Positions 13,801 to 25,700 of a stretch of DNA of 48,328 bases are shown here, piece after piece. The DNA is from Corallochytrium limacisporum Hawaii. Its lineage: Eukaryota > Protista > Pluriformea. The stretch is from contig PDIP01000071.1 of the NCBI GenBank assembly GCA_002811645.1, forward strand, positions 13,647-61,974. The letters run 5' to 3'. The position numbers and the translations under genes are program-made. The notes under the pieces were generated by a model. It made no database searches. It worked only from the letters and a program-made list of their open reading frames with translations, and had not been told where the DNA came from. Numbering within the stretch: position 1 is the stretch's first letter; each line of letters opens with the position of its first letter.

Positions 13801-16017
13801 AGAGGCGTTAGAGATGATACATGTAATACGGAAGTGTGGGTTCACCGTTGACCTCCGCCTGTATTGCGAAGGTTGCCATGCCCAAAGATGCCTCATCGAG
13901 GAGCCAAGCCACGCGCGTACCCCGCCTCCGCCTCAATGCCTGACTCCGGAGGTGGGGTATTCACTCTTCACCTAGTGCCCAATACGGGATGCTATGCATG
14001 CAGCCGTTCTATAGACTGACGATGCTTGATGGCCAAGCGCGCCATACAAGTTGCTGACCGATCGCAGAGACAACAGCCCCGACAGGTACCCGTCTACCAG
14101 TGCCAAACCCACAAATTCCTTCTGCGTACCGAAGCAGATTCTGCAAGTCAGAATGGTGGTGACTGGCTGAGTCAGCCAAGACCTTCGGTTTCAACATGGC
14201 GCGCTTTCACTACAAGAGCGCTCTTTGTTTCAGGAGCTCATCGGATAGATGGATGATGGGATTAGTATGGCTGATCACCACGGAGCTCGCCTTGCTTCCC
14301 AGGGTCCGCATTCTGTTTGTACACCGGCGCAATTGATAGAGTTGTGAAAGTTTGCAATTGTGCCCAAACTCAGAAAATAACTTCCATATATTTAGTACTG
14401 AGAATGGCCGATATTTTCCGAATGATATCAATCCTTGCCCCAGGGAAAACGGACAGGGTTTCAGAAGTAGGTAGATCTATGGCAGACCACAGATGTCTCG
14501 TCGTTCCATTTCTCTGTGGGTTGGTTGTATGGAAAACAGCGGTCCTTGACTATTGACAATATAAGGCAATCTTCCACCCGAAAAGTTTTACTTTCCGCTC
14601 CCTTTGAGATTTCTCGGGGAGGGGTGGTGGAATCAGCAATCCAGGGCATGAATTGGCCATGGCTGCTGTAGTGTTCTTGACACTGTGTGGCTCTGGTGTA
14701 CAGGTTTAACCAACCAGGCGCAAATGTACGGTGGAACTTTTCAAATGCTTCGAAAGGATGTCCCCGAAAGAGTAAGGGCATGTTAGGCCTCTAAAATGAT
14801 TGGCGAGTTAAGACCACAAGGACGTCTCATAGTGCGCTTAATATACTGAGGTGGTTGCAGTATTTTCTTTCTTCATAGCCTGTTGTGGATCAGTTATCAT
14901 GTTCGCAAGATGCTGATGCTGCCAAGACAATGTAAATACCTCCGTCGATCCCCGTGCTTCAGCGATGTACCCAGTAGAGGACGGTTATACTCTTGGTTAC
15001 TCCAGCTGTTTAGTAATGGCACACCATACCTAATCGTTTTCCTACTGTACATTCATAGTCTACCAGGGATCATCAGAGCATGAACTGTTAGAATGACTGT
15101 GATAAGATGTCCTGAATCCCATTACCATGTCCGTAACATCTGCGTAGGCAGTAGAGTCGGATGCAGAGGCGCGATCTCCGTTCCGAGAATCAATCACAAT
15201 GACTCTTCTCACGCACGCCATTGACTCAATTTGATGATCACCATGTATGGGTATCATCGCCAAAAGACAGTGAAAACATCGAGTCTACGGAACTGAGCTC
15301 TAACTTTTTCGTTTCCTTGTGTTCCAAAATATCTGTCCTTCGTTCCGCTTCGCGATGTTTTGATAGGGTACGTAATAGACGGGTTCTCGATCTGGCAAAA
15401 CTCGAGGGACAGCGCCACAAAGCCCGACGTCCTCATCCATACTCCAAACTATTGATTTAGTTGATTTTAAATCAAACATAAATCGAAATTTTCAAAATAC
15501 ATAAAATCACCAAATCAGTATTGTACCTTGGTTCTTTTCCAGGCCGAGATGTTTAGTATGGTACATTGACTACGGAGCGGGCCACTTGCCTCACATACAC
15601 AACCCCAAGGGCAAGGCAAAAGCCAAAACACTTGAGAATCCGTTTCCGTCGCCATTCGAACCCTGATACGCAGACCAGGTGGTGGCCGCCCCCCCCTTTT
15701 TTCCTAGCGGAGTGCCCCATGACCTGGCAGTGTTGTGGCTGTTTTGGGTTTATGTATGGTCTCTGCGTATGTTGTGGTATGGAATCCCAGGACTCCTGCG
15801 ATCTGTTTTGCAGATCTGTGCTATTTGGAACCGACAATTGTGACTCTTTTGAAAGTGCTAACATACATAGAAAAATATCACCCCCAAAGATCCGGGATCA
15901 TAAACGATACTTGAGCTGCCGGATGGGTCGGAAAATGTGGCAGCTTTGAGAGTCATTTTCATTCCTTGAAATTTGGATTTAGAGTAGTTATATTATTGAT
16001 ATTAGTTTGAATAGATT

Positions 16018-19000
16018 ATGACTGGCCTTCGGATGCTAGCAGTGACTTTGCTGCTGGCATGGACCGTCCTTCTCGGCACAGTCCAGGCCATGTACGCTGA
16101 TGAAGTGGGTAAAATCGACTACGGCATTGAGCTGTTTGGTGCAGATGCCAAGGTGCTGCATGCCGAAGCCGATTTTGTGATCTTGGGATCATCAAAAGCA
16201 GTAGGAAAGGTATCGCTCCAGGATGGTACTACCCAGTGGCGTCTGGTCGCAGAAATTGAGGACTCTACTGTGCACCCCCTGACCAAGAAAGTCGTAGTGT
16301 TGAGTGGTGACCGAGATAGCAGCAGTCGGGCCCTACAGTTTGTGGATTTCGGCAACGGCGCAGTGACCAAGTCTTTGAACCTCCGTTCCCATGCTGGAAC
16401 AAGGGGTGCTCTGGTGCAACAGGACAAGTACCTGTACGCTGTGACAACTGAAGAAGTGTACTTTTTCGAGCTGGACCCCAACAAACCGGAGTCTCTTAAC
16501 CCTCGTGATGTCAAAGAGACTAATTTGAGTGACATTCGGGGCATCCTGACAATGATGATAGATCCATCTACCCTCAATCTTTCCGTTCTGACTGTCAGCG
16601 GAGACAAGGGGGAGGTGATCAACAAGGTCTTTGAACGCCCGAGTTTCCAGGTGGTATCTACGGCGGCGTGCGGTTGCGGTGTTGGAAACGGCGATGTTGC
16701 CACTCCCGACGACGACGATGATGATCTTGACGACGTACCCTTGGCCGAGCGGGCGGATGTCACTGCTTTTCTAGATACAGCCGCGGGCGGATCGCATATT
16801 TGCATCGCACAAACGCTTGGTGGCTGTGCCCGCGTTCCTGTCAGTTCTCTCGGTTTCAAAGACGGAGCGGCGGCCTTGCCAACCTTCGCCACCCGCCTGA
16901 ACTTCCTATCACCGACAACTCTGACCGTGGCCAGCCCGAACACCGGTAGTGTGCAGCTCAACGTCCCGACCATGGGTAAGGGTGCTACCAATGTGTCTCT
17001 GTCTACTGTGCAGGCGCACAAGCCTTCTGCCGGCTACGTCCCTGACCCGTCAAACCCCAGCAAGGATTCCCTTACACCGATGCAGATTGACGCCGAGAGC
17101 GGAGAGATTTTGTTTGGTGGCAAGGCCACTGGTACTTACGCCGTCGGCGAAAGGTCCGACGTAGCACCTGAGTCATCCTGGGGCAGTGCTGTTGCTTTCG
17201 GCATGCCCACTAGCGGTGAAAATGTGTTGCTTCAGCTTGTATCCGGTGACTACATCTTCTACAATGCCCGGAGTTCCCAATTTAAATGGCGTCGTCCGGA
17301 AAGCCTCGGTGATGCGATCCGTGACGCCGTTTTTGTCAAGCTGCCTGCAAATCGTGAGGAACTGAGTGAATTTGAGGAGGAATATGATGTAGAAGATGGC
17401 AATCAGCCGACGGAAAGCAATGAACCTGTGCCAGGCAAGCGTCTGAATCTGAATCCGGTAGCTCTGACCTCTGCGTTTGTGAAGCGCGTGAGCGGTCAGA
17501 TCCATTCTCTCGCTCATGCAATCGCTGATGGATCCATTGTGACCTCCTTGCTGACTTTTGGCCTCGATATTGGCACAAGTCCCGACTCCACTCTGTTTGA
17601 CGGTCGTACCCTGGTCACCCGTGACGACTTTGATCTGCGCCAGCTCGTTGTTGTATGCACCAAGCGCGGCACATTGGCTGCCATTTCCACCGTCTCCAAG
17701 GGTCGTGTGCTGTGGTCCACCGATACTCCATTGCAATGCCACTCCCATCCCGCTGGCCTCGCTATGGTACGCCCATGTACGGGCAAGAAGGAGCCGCTGA
17801 TGGTTATGGCCGGTTCTGATGGCTCCGGGAAGGAAGGTCTGGTCGAATTCAATCCCTTGACGGGCGCGGTTGTCTCCAGTCGTCTCGGCCTGGATGGTCC
17901 CGTGAAGTTTGTGTCTCGCATCGGTGAGGAGCATTCCGAGCTTGTGGTCATGCGCGATGGAAAAGGTAACCTGATCTCTGTCCCGGCCTCGGAGCAGAAT
18001 ACTGTGGATGCGCTAAAGAAGTCGAAGTTTGTCATATATGACATGGATGAGGCCACTGGCATAATCCGTGGCTACCTCCCGCCTAAGAGTGAAGCCAACT
18101 TGTTGTACGAAGTCGACCTCACGCCCAATGACAGGGAGCACATCGTAGGCACCGTCAAGCGTGACGTCGAGCATGATCCCGTGCACTGGCTCGGTAAGGC
18201 TGGCGAGGAGAATATTCAGTTTAAGTACTTGAACCCGAATCTGCTCTTTGTGCTCTCCGAGGACATTGACCCGGCAACCGGAGCCGTACCTGCCTCCAAA
18301 CAGGACCGTACGCTCCATGTTAACGTCCTGGACCTGGTTAAGGGCTCCCTCCTAGACCGCTTTGTGCTGTCACCTGGTTCTTCTACTCCTGTCAAGGCTG
18401 TTGCATATGAGAATCGACTGGTCATCCACTACTGGAATAGTCTCGACGCCCGCTTCGAGATCTCCGTGATTGAACTCTACGATGCTGGTCGTGACGTTGC
18501 CAAGATCTCAACCTCTTCTCATACCCGCCCACCACTGCGTACATTGGCTCAAAGCTTTATCTTCAACCATCCGGTAACGACCATAGGTTTCACCACCACA
18601 ACCAAGGGTATTTCCATGAAGGAAGTTCTCTTCGGTATGGCTCAGGGCTCCGTATACGCTCTCGACCAGCGCATGCTCGACCCCACCCGCCCGCACGGTG
18701 AAGCCTCTGAAGCACAGAAGGAGAACGGCATCGCTCCTTATGCTCCAATTCTGCCGCTGATGGGGCCGAATATCATCAGTCACACCCGGCCTGTATACTA
18801 TACTGAAGGCATCATCTCCGGACCGGCCCGTCTCGAGTCGACATCGCACGTCTTTGCGTACGGTCTGGACCTTTTCTACACGCGACTGACCCCATCTGGT
18901 GCTTTTGATTTGCTCACGGATGAATTCGACGCCATCTTTGTAATTATCGGTGTCTTGGGTGTGATTATCGGTACTCTGGTACTGCGCCACATGTCCCAGG

Positions 19001-19029
19001 AAAAGGTACTCGGCAAGAAGTGGAAATAA
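16018..19029 (+). CDS. EMC1: ER membrane protein complex subunit 1
   Basis: 1003-aa intronless ORF. Signal peptide followed by 'MYADEVGKIDY', beta-propeller-like body, conserved 'RDDFDLRQLVVVCTKRG', 'FKYLNPNL', 'LESTSHVFAYGLDLFYTRLTPSGAFDLLTDEFD', C-terminal TM and basic tail. Confidence 0.95.
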   Translation: MTGLRMLAVTLLLAWTVLLGTVQAMYADEVGKIDYGIELFGADAKVLHAEADFVILGSSKAVGKVSLQDGTTQWRLVAEIEDSTVHPLTKKVVVLSGDRDSSSRALQFVDFGNGAVTKSLNLRSHAGTRGALVQQDKYLYAVTTEEVYFFELDPNKPESLNPRDVKETNLSDIRGILTMMIDPSTLNLSVLTVSGDKGEVINKVFERPSFQVVSTAACGCGVGNGDVATPDDDDDDLDDVPLAERADVTAFLDTAAGGSHICIAQTLGGCARVPVSSLGFKDGAAALPTFATRLNFLSPTTLTVASPNTGSVQLNVPTMGKGATNVSLSTVQAHKPSAGYVPDPSNPSKDSLTPMQIDAESGEILFGGKATGTYAVGERSDVAPESSWGSAVAFGMPTSGENVLLQLVSGDYIFYNARSSQFKWRRPESLGDAIRDAVFVKLPANREELSEFEEEYDVEDGNQPTESNEPVPGKRLNLNPVALTSAFVKRVSGQIHSLAHAIADGSIVTSLLTFGLDIGTSPDSTLFDGRTLVTRDDFDLRQLVVVCTKRGTLAAISTVSKGRVLWSTDTPLQCHSHPAGLAMVRPCTGKKEPLMVMAGSDGSGKEGLVEFNPLTGAVVSSRLGLDGPVKFVSRIGEEHSELVVMRDGKGNLISVPASEQNTVDALKKSKFVIYDMDEATGIIRGYLPPKSEANLLYEVDLTPNDREHIVGTVKRDVEHDPVHWLGKAGEENIQFKYLNPNLLFVLSEDIDPATGAVPASKQDRTLHVNVLDLVKGSLLDRFVLSPGSSTPVKAVAYENRLVIHYWNSLDARFEISVIELYDAGRDVAKISTSSHTRPPLRTLAQSFIFNHPVTTIGFTTTTKGISMKEVLFGMAQGSVYALDQRMLDPTRPHGEASEAQKENGIAPYAPILPLMGPNIISHTRPVYYTEGIISGPARLESTSHVFAYGLDLFYTRLTPSGAFDLLTDEFDAIFVIIGVLGVIIGTLVLRHMSQEKVLGKKWK

Positions 19030-19186
19030 TGCAGTTTTCAGTAACTATTTCCACAAAATGACATTCGCAATGTCGTTATCGTACTCTTTCAACCTTCTTT
19101 TTTCCATTTTCCACATCACCAATGATCACCAAAAACCTCATTACAATATCATGTTACAGTACCTATAAAGTCATATTTCTCATTCC

Positions 19187-20482
19187 TTACTGATTCTTCT
19201 TCTCTACCACCTTCTCATGCGGAGCACCCACACCGTCAGGGTGATAGATCACGACCACAGTAATCAATGTGCTGGCTACCATGACCATGGCCGCACTAAG
19301 GTAGTATGGGTACGCATCAACAATGAAGCGTTCGTACATAGTGGTTGCTACAGGCCGGATGATGACGGTCTGTGTCTCGGAGACCTCGCCAAGCCCGAAC
19401 CGGCGATATGCAATGCGTGCCTTGTAGATTCCGTTGACGTCTGGAAGCTTAAGATCTACCACGTAGATACCATCACCCTGGTGCTGCATGTTGATCACAT
19501 AGTAGGGATCGACGCGGATGAGTTCAAACTGGATATCGTCAGCTGTGTACGGAATCTCGTGACCGTGCCGCCGCTCTTTAAAGCGACAGCTCACACGGAT
19601 CTCCTGTCCATGCACGTATACTTGAAGAGGCTCCGTTTCGCCACGAGGGGCATGCACCATGTCAGTGATCGTCAGCACGCCTGACTCTCGGAAGGCCCAT
19701 TCAAGCATGCCTTTAGCGAGCAAAGGCATAGCATTCGGACTGCGGGAGATACTGCCGTCAAGCAGGAACTGACTGCTTCCGCTCATGATCACGCGCGCCC
19801 CATTGCGGGCTTCCATACCGGCGACGAGGACGAGTTTTTCGCCCACTGCCATGCTCTGGACAATGGCACCACGATCGGTGAAGGTTGACACGGCCGTAGC
19901 GGGCGCAGAAAGGATTGGGAAAGCCAGAATAGCATCATTTGGCAGAAGCATGCCCATACCCACGTATTCAATGTCTCCACCTGAGGGGATTGTAGAATAG
20001 GAACGGATGGTTGCCGGCACTTGCTGATTCAGAGCTGCAGCAGAAATGTGAGTGGAGGTTCCAGAGGAGAAGGCGTCGTGATCGATGTCAACCACCTGAG
20101 TGCCTGCCTCGTCGAGTTCTACGCCAACAAAACGAGCAAAAAGCCGCAATTCATTGGAAGGCACATGGCCATGTACAGCAATGTTGAGGTTGCCTCCGGC
20201 ATCGACGAACTCAGTGGCCTGCTTGTATGGGAACTTCTGCACCCGACCAGATCCCACCCAAACTGCATTGTCATATTTCGGCACGCCGAATTCCATGAGG
20301 TCAATAGCATCTGTCCTAACCACGACATCGTGTCCCAACCCTTCGAGGACTGCCTGCACACCAGCGAGCTCGTTGATCGTGGCGGGGTCCTCGGCCGCCA
20401 GTAGAGTTCGCGGTACCTTCGCTGCATGGGCCAGCGCCACAACCAGGCACAACAATGTCAAAACTGCTCTTGAAATGTTCAT
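19187..20482 (-). CDS. DDOST: Oligosaccharyltransferase 48-kDa subunit (OST48/Wbp1)
   Basis: First ATG at 20482 (MNISRAVL..., signal peptide). Motifs 'EFVDAGGNL', 'LVAGMEARNGARVIMSGS', 'DDIQFELIRVDPY', 'LPDVNGIYK', 'YERFIVDAYPYY'. C-terminal TM and KKxx ER-retrieval signal (KKNQ). Confidence 0.95.
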   Translation of the reverse strand: MNISRAVLTLLCLVVALAHAAKVPRTLLAAEDPATINELAGVQAVLEGLGHDVVVRTDAIDLMEFGVPKYDNAVWVGSGRVQKFPYKQATEFVDAGGNLNIAVHGHVPSNELRLFARFVGVELDEAGTQVVDIDHDAFSSGTSTHISAAALNQQVPATIRSYSTIPSGGDIEYVGMGMLLPNDAILAFPILSAPATAVSTFTDRGAIVQSMAVGEKLVLVAGMEARNGARVIMSGSSQFLLDGSISRSPNAMPLLAKGMLEWAFRESGVLTITDMVHAPRGETEPLQVYVHGQEIRVSCRFKERRHGHEIPYTADDIQFELIRVDPYYVINMQHQGDGIYVVDLKLPDVNGIYKARIAYRRFGLGEVSETQTVIIRPVATTMYERFIVDAYPYYLSAAMVMVASTLITVVVIYHPDGVGAPHEKVVEKKNQ

Positions 20483-20759
20483 GATTCTATGTGGGTGCGT
20501 GTTCACTATCTAAAATACTCTTGTTTCGATGACCTGTTGGTTTTGACCTATCCCCGGACCATTGTTACCAAGATCCGTTTCCAGTAACAGGTTGCATCCA
20601 CTTCGTTTGTAAAAGTGGTGCAGGACATATCAACCCATTGTAAGTTCCAAGTTGCTGCACATCAAAAGCCTGTCCCAAATACCGTCATGGAAGAACCTCA
20701 GGTCAGAAATTCACAGAGGACCAGGGAAAGCGATGAGTGCTTTGGCCGCTGACCCACCG

Positions 20760-21490
20760 GCAACCCCCATAAACAGCCACCACGCACTCCCCCGCCCAAG
20801 CCAATTTGCACAACAAAAGCCCGACAGCTCATCCAAACCAAGCGACCTGGCCCCCCTCTGTCCCGGACCCCCGAGGTAAACACAAAATCCTTCGTCCCTA
20901 CTTTCTCCCGCATCAATCTCCCTCATGCCTACCCCACCGCAATACTCGGCGTTTGTGTGTTTTCCTCGTTTCCTTTCTCTCTCTCTCCCCCCCCCTCTCT
21001 TACCCCAAGACCTCTCAATATGAACACCCCTCCCCCCCTGGGGGCTCTCGTGGTGTAAATTCGTATAATAAGGTAATCAGTTTTTGGTTTGTTTTGTTTT
21101 GTTTTTTTTTCTGTGGGTACCCCCCGGTGTGGGGGGGGGGGAGGTTTTGGGAAGCCGGGCTTTTTTGCCCCTGGCCTACTCCCCTGTATCACACCACCCC
21201 ACAGGGGCCTTGGGCACACACACTCACCCACCTGGGCTCCATTGCTTTCCAAGGGAGGTTATGGGCTTGGGGATGGGGGTATCAAGGGGAAGGGCCGGGG
21301 ACGTAGTGGATGCACACACAGGATGCACCGCCCGGTTCTCCACCCTCGCGGGACTAGAGAAATCAGCCAGTTCAAAGAGAGAGGGCAGGGGCCGGCCCCT
21401 CTCCGGGGAAGGAGGGGAGGGGGGGGGGGGGGGGGGGGGAATTTCATGGCTCCGCCAACCAACTCACACGCGGAATGCGGTGGGGTGTGA
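20760..21490. promoter_or_regulatory. G/C-homopolymer island of the OST48/vigilin divergent promoter
   Basis: C7TG5 at 21032-21044, C6-GGTGT-G11 at 21120-21141, G21 at 21419-21439 and T-tracts, between divergent starts. Confidence 0.6.
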
Positions 21491-22742
21491 CTGTGAGCCA
21501 TCGATTCGCGTTTTTATTTGTGTGGCGCTTTACTGCGGTGCATAGGTCGGAGAATTAAAGAGTGATCTCTCCTACCATTCACTTGTATGTTGGATAGTTC
21601 ATATTTTGTTGCAGAGATAGCGCAGCATCGCGTTACCACCCAAAACATACAACCAAATGCATGGCTCAAAATGATTCATCTTCAGCTTTCATGTTTGAAC
21701 CACGTTTCAGGACACACGGGCATCGCATTTCGGCCTTTGTTGTGACTTCTTATAATTTGACAGGTCCGCTGAGCGGCACAGACAAGCATCATATGCAAGG
21801 CCTAGCAAAACGCCATCAGTATTGTGAGAGTATTGAACGCGACAGCGGGACCGACAAAAGTTTCTTGCAAGAGTCAACACGACGACTTGAAGATTCTATC
21901 CCGGTGCGTACGCGTGGGGATGAGAAGCCGTCGGTACCGTGCACCATTCAACCTATAGCCGCTGCCTTGAGTGGGCTCCCAATCCAATCACAAGGAAATT
22001 TGCTGCCTCACCTTCTGGTCCCGTAACTACCGTCAGATTGTGGCGAGCTGACCGTGCACATAATAAGCCAAAAGTCCCACCCAGCGAAAGGGGAAATTAT
22101 GTGGAGGAGAAACAAATTTGGCAAGAACGTCACGGGCGAGAGGCCGGAAGCGAAGACATACTCAGTAGTTGACATCATTGAGCAGAACCGTCATTTTCGA
22201 CGGGCCTGGTTCACATGGATTTGTTTGGTGTACATTTACAGGACTATGCCGGCGTGACTATGCCGTGAGTGTGGTAACCATGAAAGCTAGATGAAAGTTT
22301 CATTCGTAGTGTGAAGGAAGCCGAACGTCTGAGAAATGTGCAACCAAGAACGAAACCAGCAACAATCGGTGATACAGGGTAATTTCAGGACGTGTGGTTC
22401 TGCTTTATCCTTGATTTTGACTTATCGGGCTTCCGGGTGCATACAAGTGAAGAACAAAAGGGTTCAGACTATACATTGTCTGTGTTGGTTAAAAGGACAA
22501 CAACTTTCCTTGGTGTTGAAGACAGACGTACGAAATCGTAGGTCATGAATTGATTTTGTTCGCGTTTCTACACCGCTTACTGTTGTCGTTCCCCGTGTTT
22601 TTTTCTAGAGGATACCTATTCGTGTTTGACCCAAGAACCGTCACATCCGGAAAGATATCAATCTGTCTTTCTGCAGTGATATTTCGATCGATCGAACTTT
22701 TGGGAAATTTTGAAAGCAAAAGCAGCAACAATACCGTTGATT

Positions 22743-25700
22743 ATGGATCCAAACCATTCCATTCCCGCCAACGGAACTGGCGGTGAGCAGGACACCAAGG
22801 CCCAGAGTACAGTCCCAGTGGACGATCCTCAGGCCAGTGTGCCTGAGACAACCACGGACATCGGTGCCGGCGCCAGCACCTCTGAAGCTCCCCAGGAAGT
22901 CCCTTCAAAGCCTCAACCCAGCTACGAAGAGCTTTTTCCTTCTCTGGGTAGCGCCAAGAGTGGTGCTCCTGCTTCTTCTGCGGCCGCTCCTAAGAGCATC
23001 CGCACTCCAGGCGTTCGGGCCACGGGTGCTACGGAGATCATGCAGGTGCCTGCCTCTGCCGCGCTGAGGCGTACACTGGGTGAGAAGAACCCCCTGGATG
23101 ACGTCATGAGTCGCACTAACACTAACATTGAGGCTTCCACCTCTAAGGATGGCACTCTGACTCTGATAATTCGCGGAAAGCCGAACGACGTGATTGAGGC
23201 CAAGCGGCTGCTGATCAAGCGTCTGCGCCAGTCCGTGACTCTTGAGATGGACGTACCCAAGACTGCCATTCCGTACGTCCTGGGGAAGGGTGGTAAGAAC
23301 ATTGAGAAGATCCGCAACGAGACCGGGTGCAACATCAACGTCCAGCGCAACACCGATGAAAACGTTCTCACTGAACGCTTTGTGATCGTGGGTGACAAGC
23401 CGTCCGTTGAGAAGGCTCGCACTGCAATCCAAATGGCCATTGACGAGAACGACCGTAAAGCCATGGAATCCGTTGTAGTACCTCGGGACCTCCGAAGTTT
23501 CGTTGCCGGTGCCAACAACTCCAACATCAAAGGTATCATGGAGCGCACCAATACTCGCATCGCTGTTCCTCCACCGAGCTCTGATGATGACCATTTCCGT
23601 ATCTCTGGTGACAAGGACGACGTTGCAGAGGCTGTTAACGAGATTAACCGTCTGCTGGTCGACAAACAGTCCAACACCACGGAGATGACCGTAAAAGTCA
23701 AGAAGGCTCAACACCGTCTTCTTAGGAGGGCCCTGCTCAATGAAATTTTCTCCGAGACTGGCTGTGTGGTCGACCTACCTCCTAAGGAGTCTGAGGATGA
23801 GATGGTTACCATCCGCGGAGAGAGCACTGCCCTGCCTGGTGCCTTCAACCTACTCATGGCCAAAGTAAACAGTGTGGGCTATGAGGAGGTGGATGCTCCT
23901 CTGTGGATGCACCGTAATATTGTTGGACGCAAGGGTGCCAATCTGACAAAAATTATGGAAGAGGCAGGTGAGGTGGGTTCCCTGCGCATCAGCATTCGGG
24001 CCGAGGAAGAGAAGATTGAGATTGAGGGACCTAAGAAGGCCGTGGAACATGCATCTGATGCCCTCCGCAAACAGGTTGATTTCTTGACGAACTCGTGGAA
24101 GATTGAGGAAATTAGTGTCTCTCCCGCTCTACACAAGCACTTGATCGGTAAGGGTGGTCAGAACATCAAGCGCATCAAGGAAGAGTGCGGAGTTGAGATT
24201 GATTTCCCTGATAGTGATGACAAGGAATCCAGCACCATTCGGATTGAGGGTGAGAAGAGCGGCGTGGCCAAAGCCGTCGATGAGATTGCGACCCAAACTG
24301 CCAAGCTTGTCGACATGGTCACTATTGAGGTGCCTGTTCCTCTCAAATACCACGGTCAGATCATCGGTGCCAAGGGTGCTCGCATCACCGAGCTGCGAAA
24401 CACCTTTGGTGATGTGCAGGTGAACGTGCCCAAGCCCACAGAGAATAAGGACAGCATTACTGTCAAGGGACAGAAGGCTGACGCCGAGGCCGTCAAGACC
24501 TACATTCTGGAACTGCTGGCTGAGATTAAGGAACAGGACTTTACTCTGAAGGTACCTATCTTTAAACCGTACCATCGTCGTATTGTCGGCCGCAAGGGAG
24601 AGAATATCAACCGCATCCGTGCTGAGACAGACTGTCGCATTCAAGTGCCGGACGAGGGAGATCCTAGCGACGCCATTGAGGTTATCGGTACTAAGGAGAA
24701 CGCAGAGCGCGCTAAGCAGCTACTGCTCGAACTCCAAGCGGAGATTGGTGATGTCGTGTCCAAGGTCATTACTCTGTCTGGCAGTGTCAAAGCCCCTTCC
24801 GGCAGCGATGCCCTGACCGTGGCCCAGGCCATTGGCAACAGCGGCACCGTGCGCGCGGCTGCTTCAGGTATGACAGTTGTAGTGGAGCCGAAGGAAAAGG
24901 ATGGCTCCAAACTGGCTTTGAAGGGACCCGACGCTGCTGTGAAGAAGTGCGAGAAGGAAATCGAGGAGGTTATGGAAGCCATGGGTACCGGCAAGCCCGT
25001 CACGCTTGACATCAAGGGCAGCAGCGCAAAGATTTTGGTTGCCAAACGCACCGATGTGCAGAAGAAGCACAACGTAAAGCTTGTCCTTCCTGACGAGTAC
25101 ACCCCTGCCACCCAGACCGCCACTGTCTATATAGTTGGTTCTGGTGATCTGGAGGGCGCCAAGGCTGCTGTTACAGAGTTGGCCGAGACTTTCTCCAAGG
25201 CAAAGACTTTCCAGCTCAACTTTGACCGCGTTGAGCTGCGCACCCTCTCCAAGTCTAAGAAGATTGTCCAGGATATTGAGAAACAGCATGGTGCCATGAT
25301 TGACGTTGGCAATAACTGGGTGTCAGTAACATGTGCTGAAGACAATGTTCCTGCCGTCAAGGAAGCTCTTGAGGCTATCCGCCCAACCGTCCTGACCATG
25401 AACATTCCTCTCGAGTATCACCGTCACCTGATTGGCAGTGGTGGCAAGGGTATCAAAGATCTGCAGGATAATTTCCAAGCCTTCCTCGACTTCCCCTCCA
25501 TCAAGGAGAAAAGTGAGCGTGTTGTCATTGCTGGCACTCCCGAGAACGCAATGAAACTGATGCAACATTTGCAGCAGACAGTGGATCAGATGAAGAAGGA
25601 AGGTACCCAGGCCGTCCTTGGCAAGCAGTCCGGTGAGACTTACGAGTACAAGATGACCCTGGAGGTCGATCCGAAGCTATTCCCGTCCATCATTGGTGCA

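Noticed and set aside
22710-22742. TTG/GTG starts in the ORF track (vigilin 22710, OST48 20506, MIC10 28109, perilipin 42276, PEX5 47424)
   Set aside because: These are eukaryotic genes. The first in-frame ATG matches the expected N-terminus in each case.
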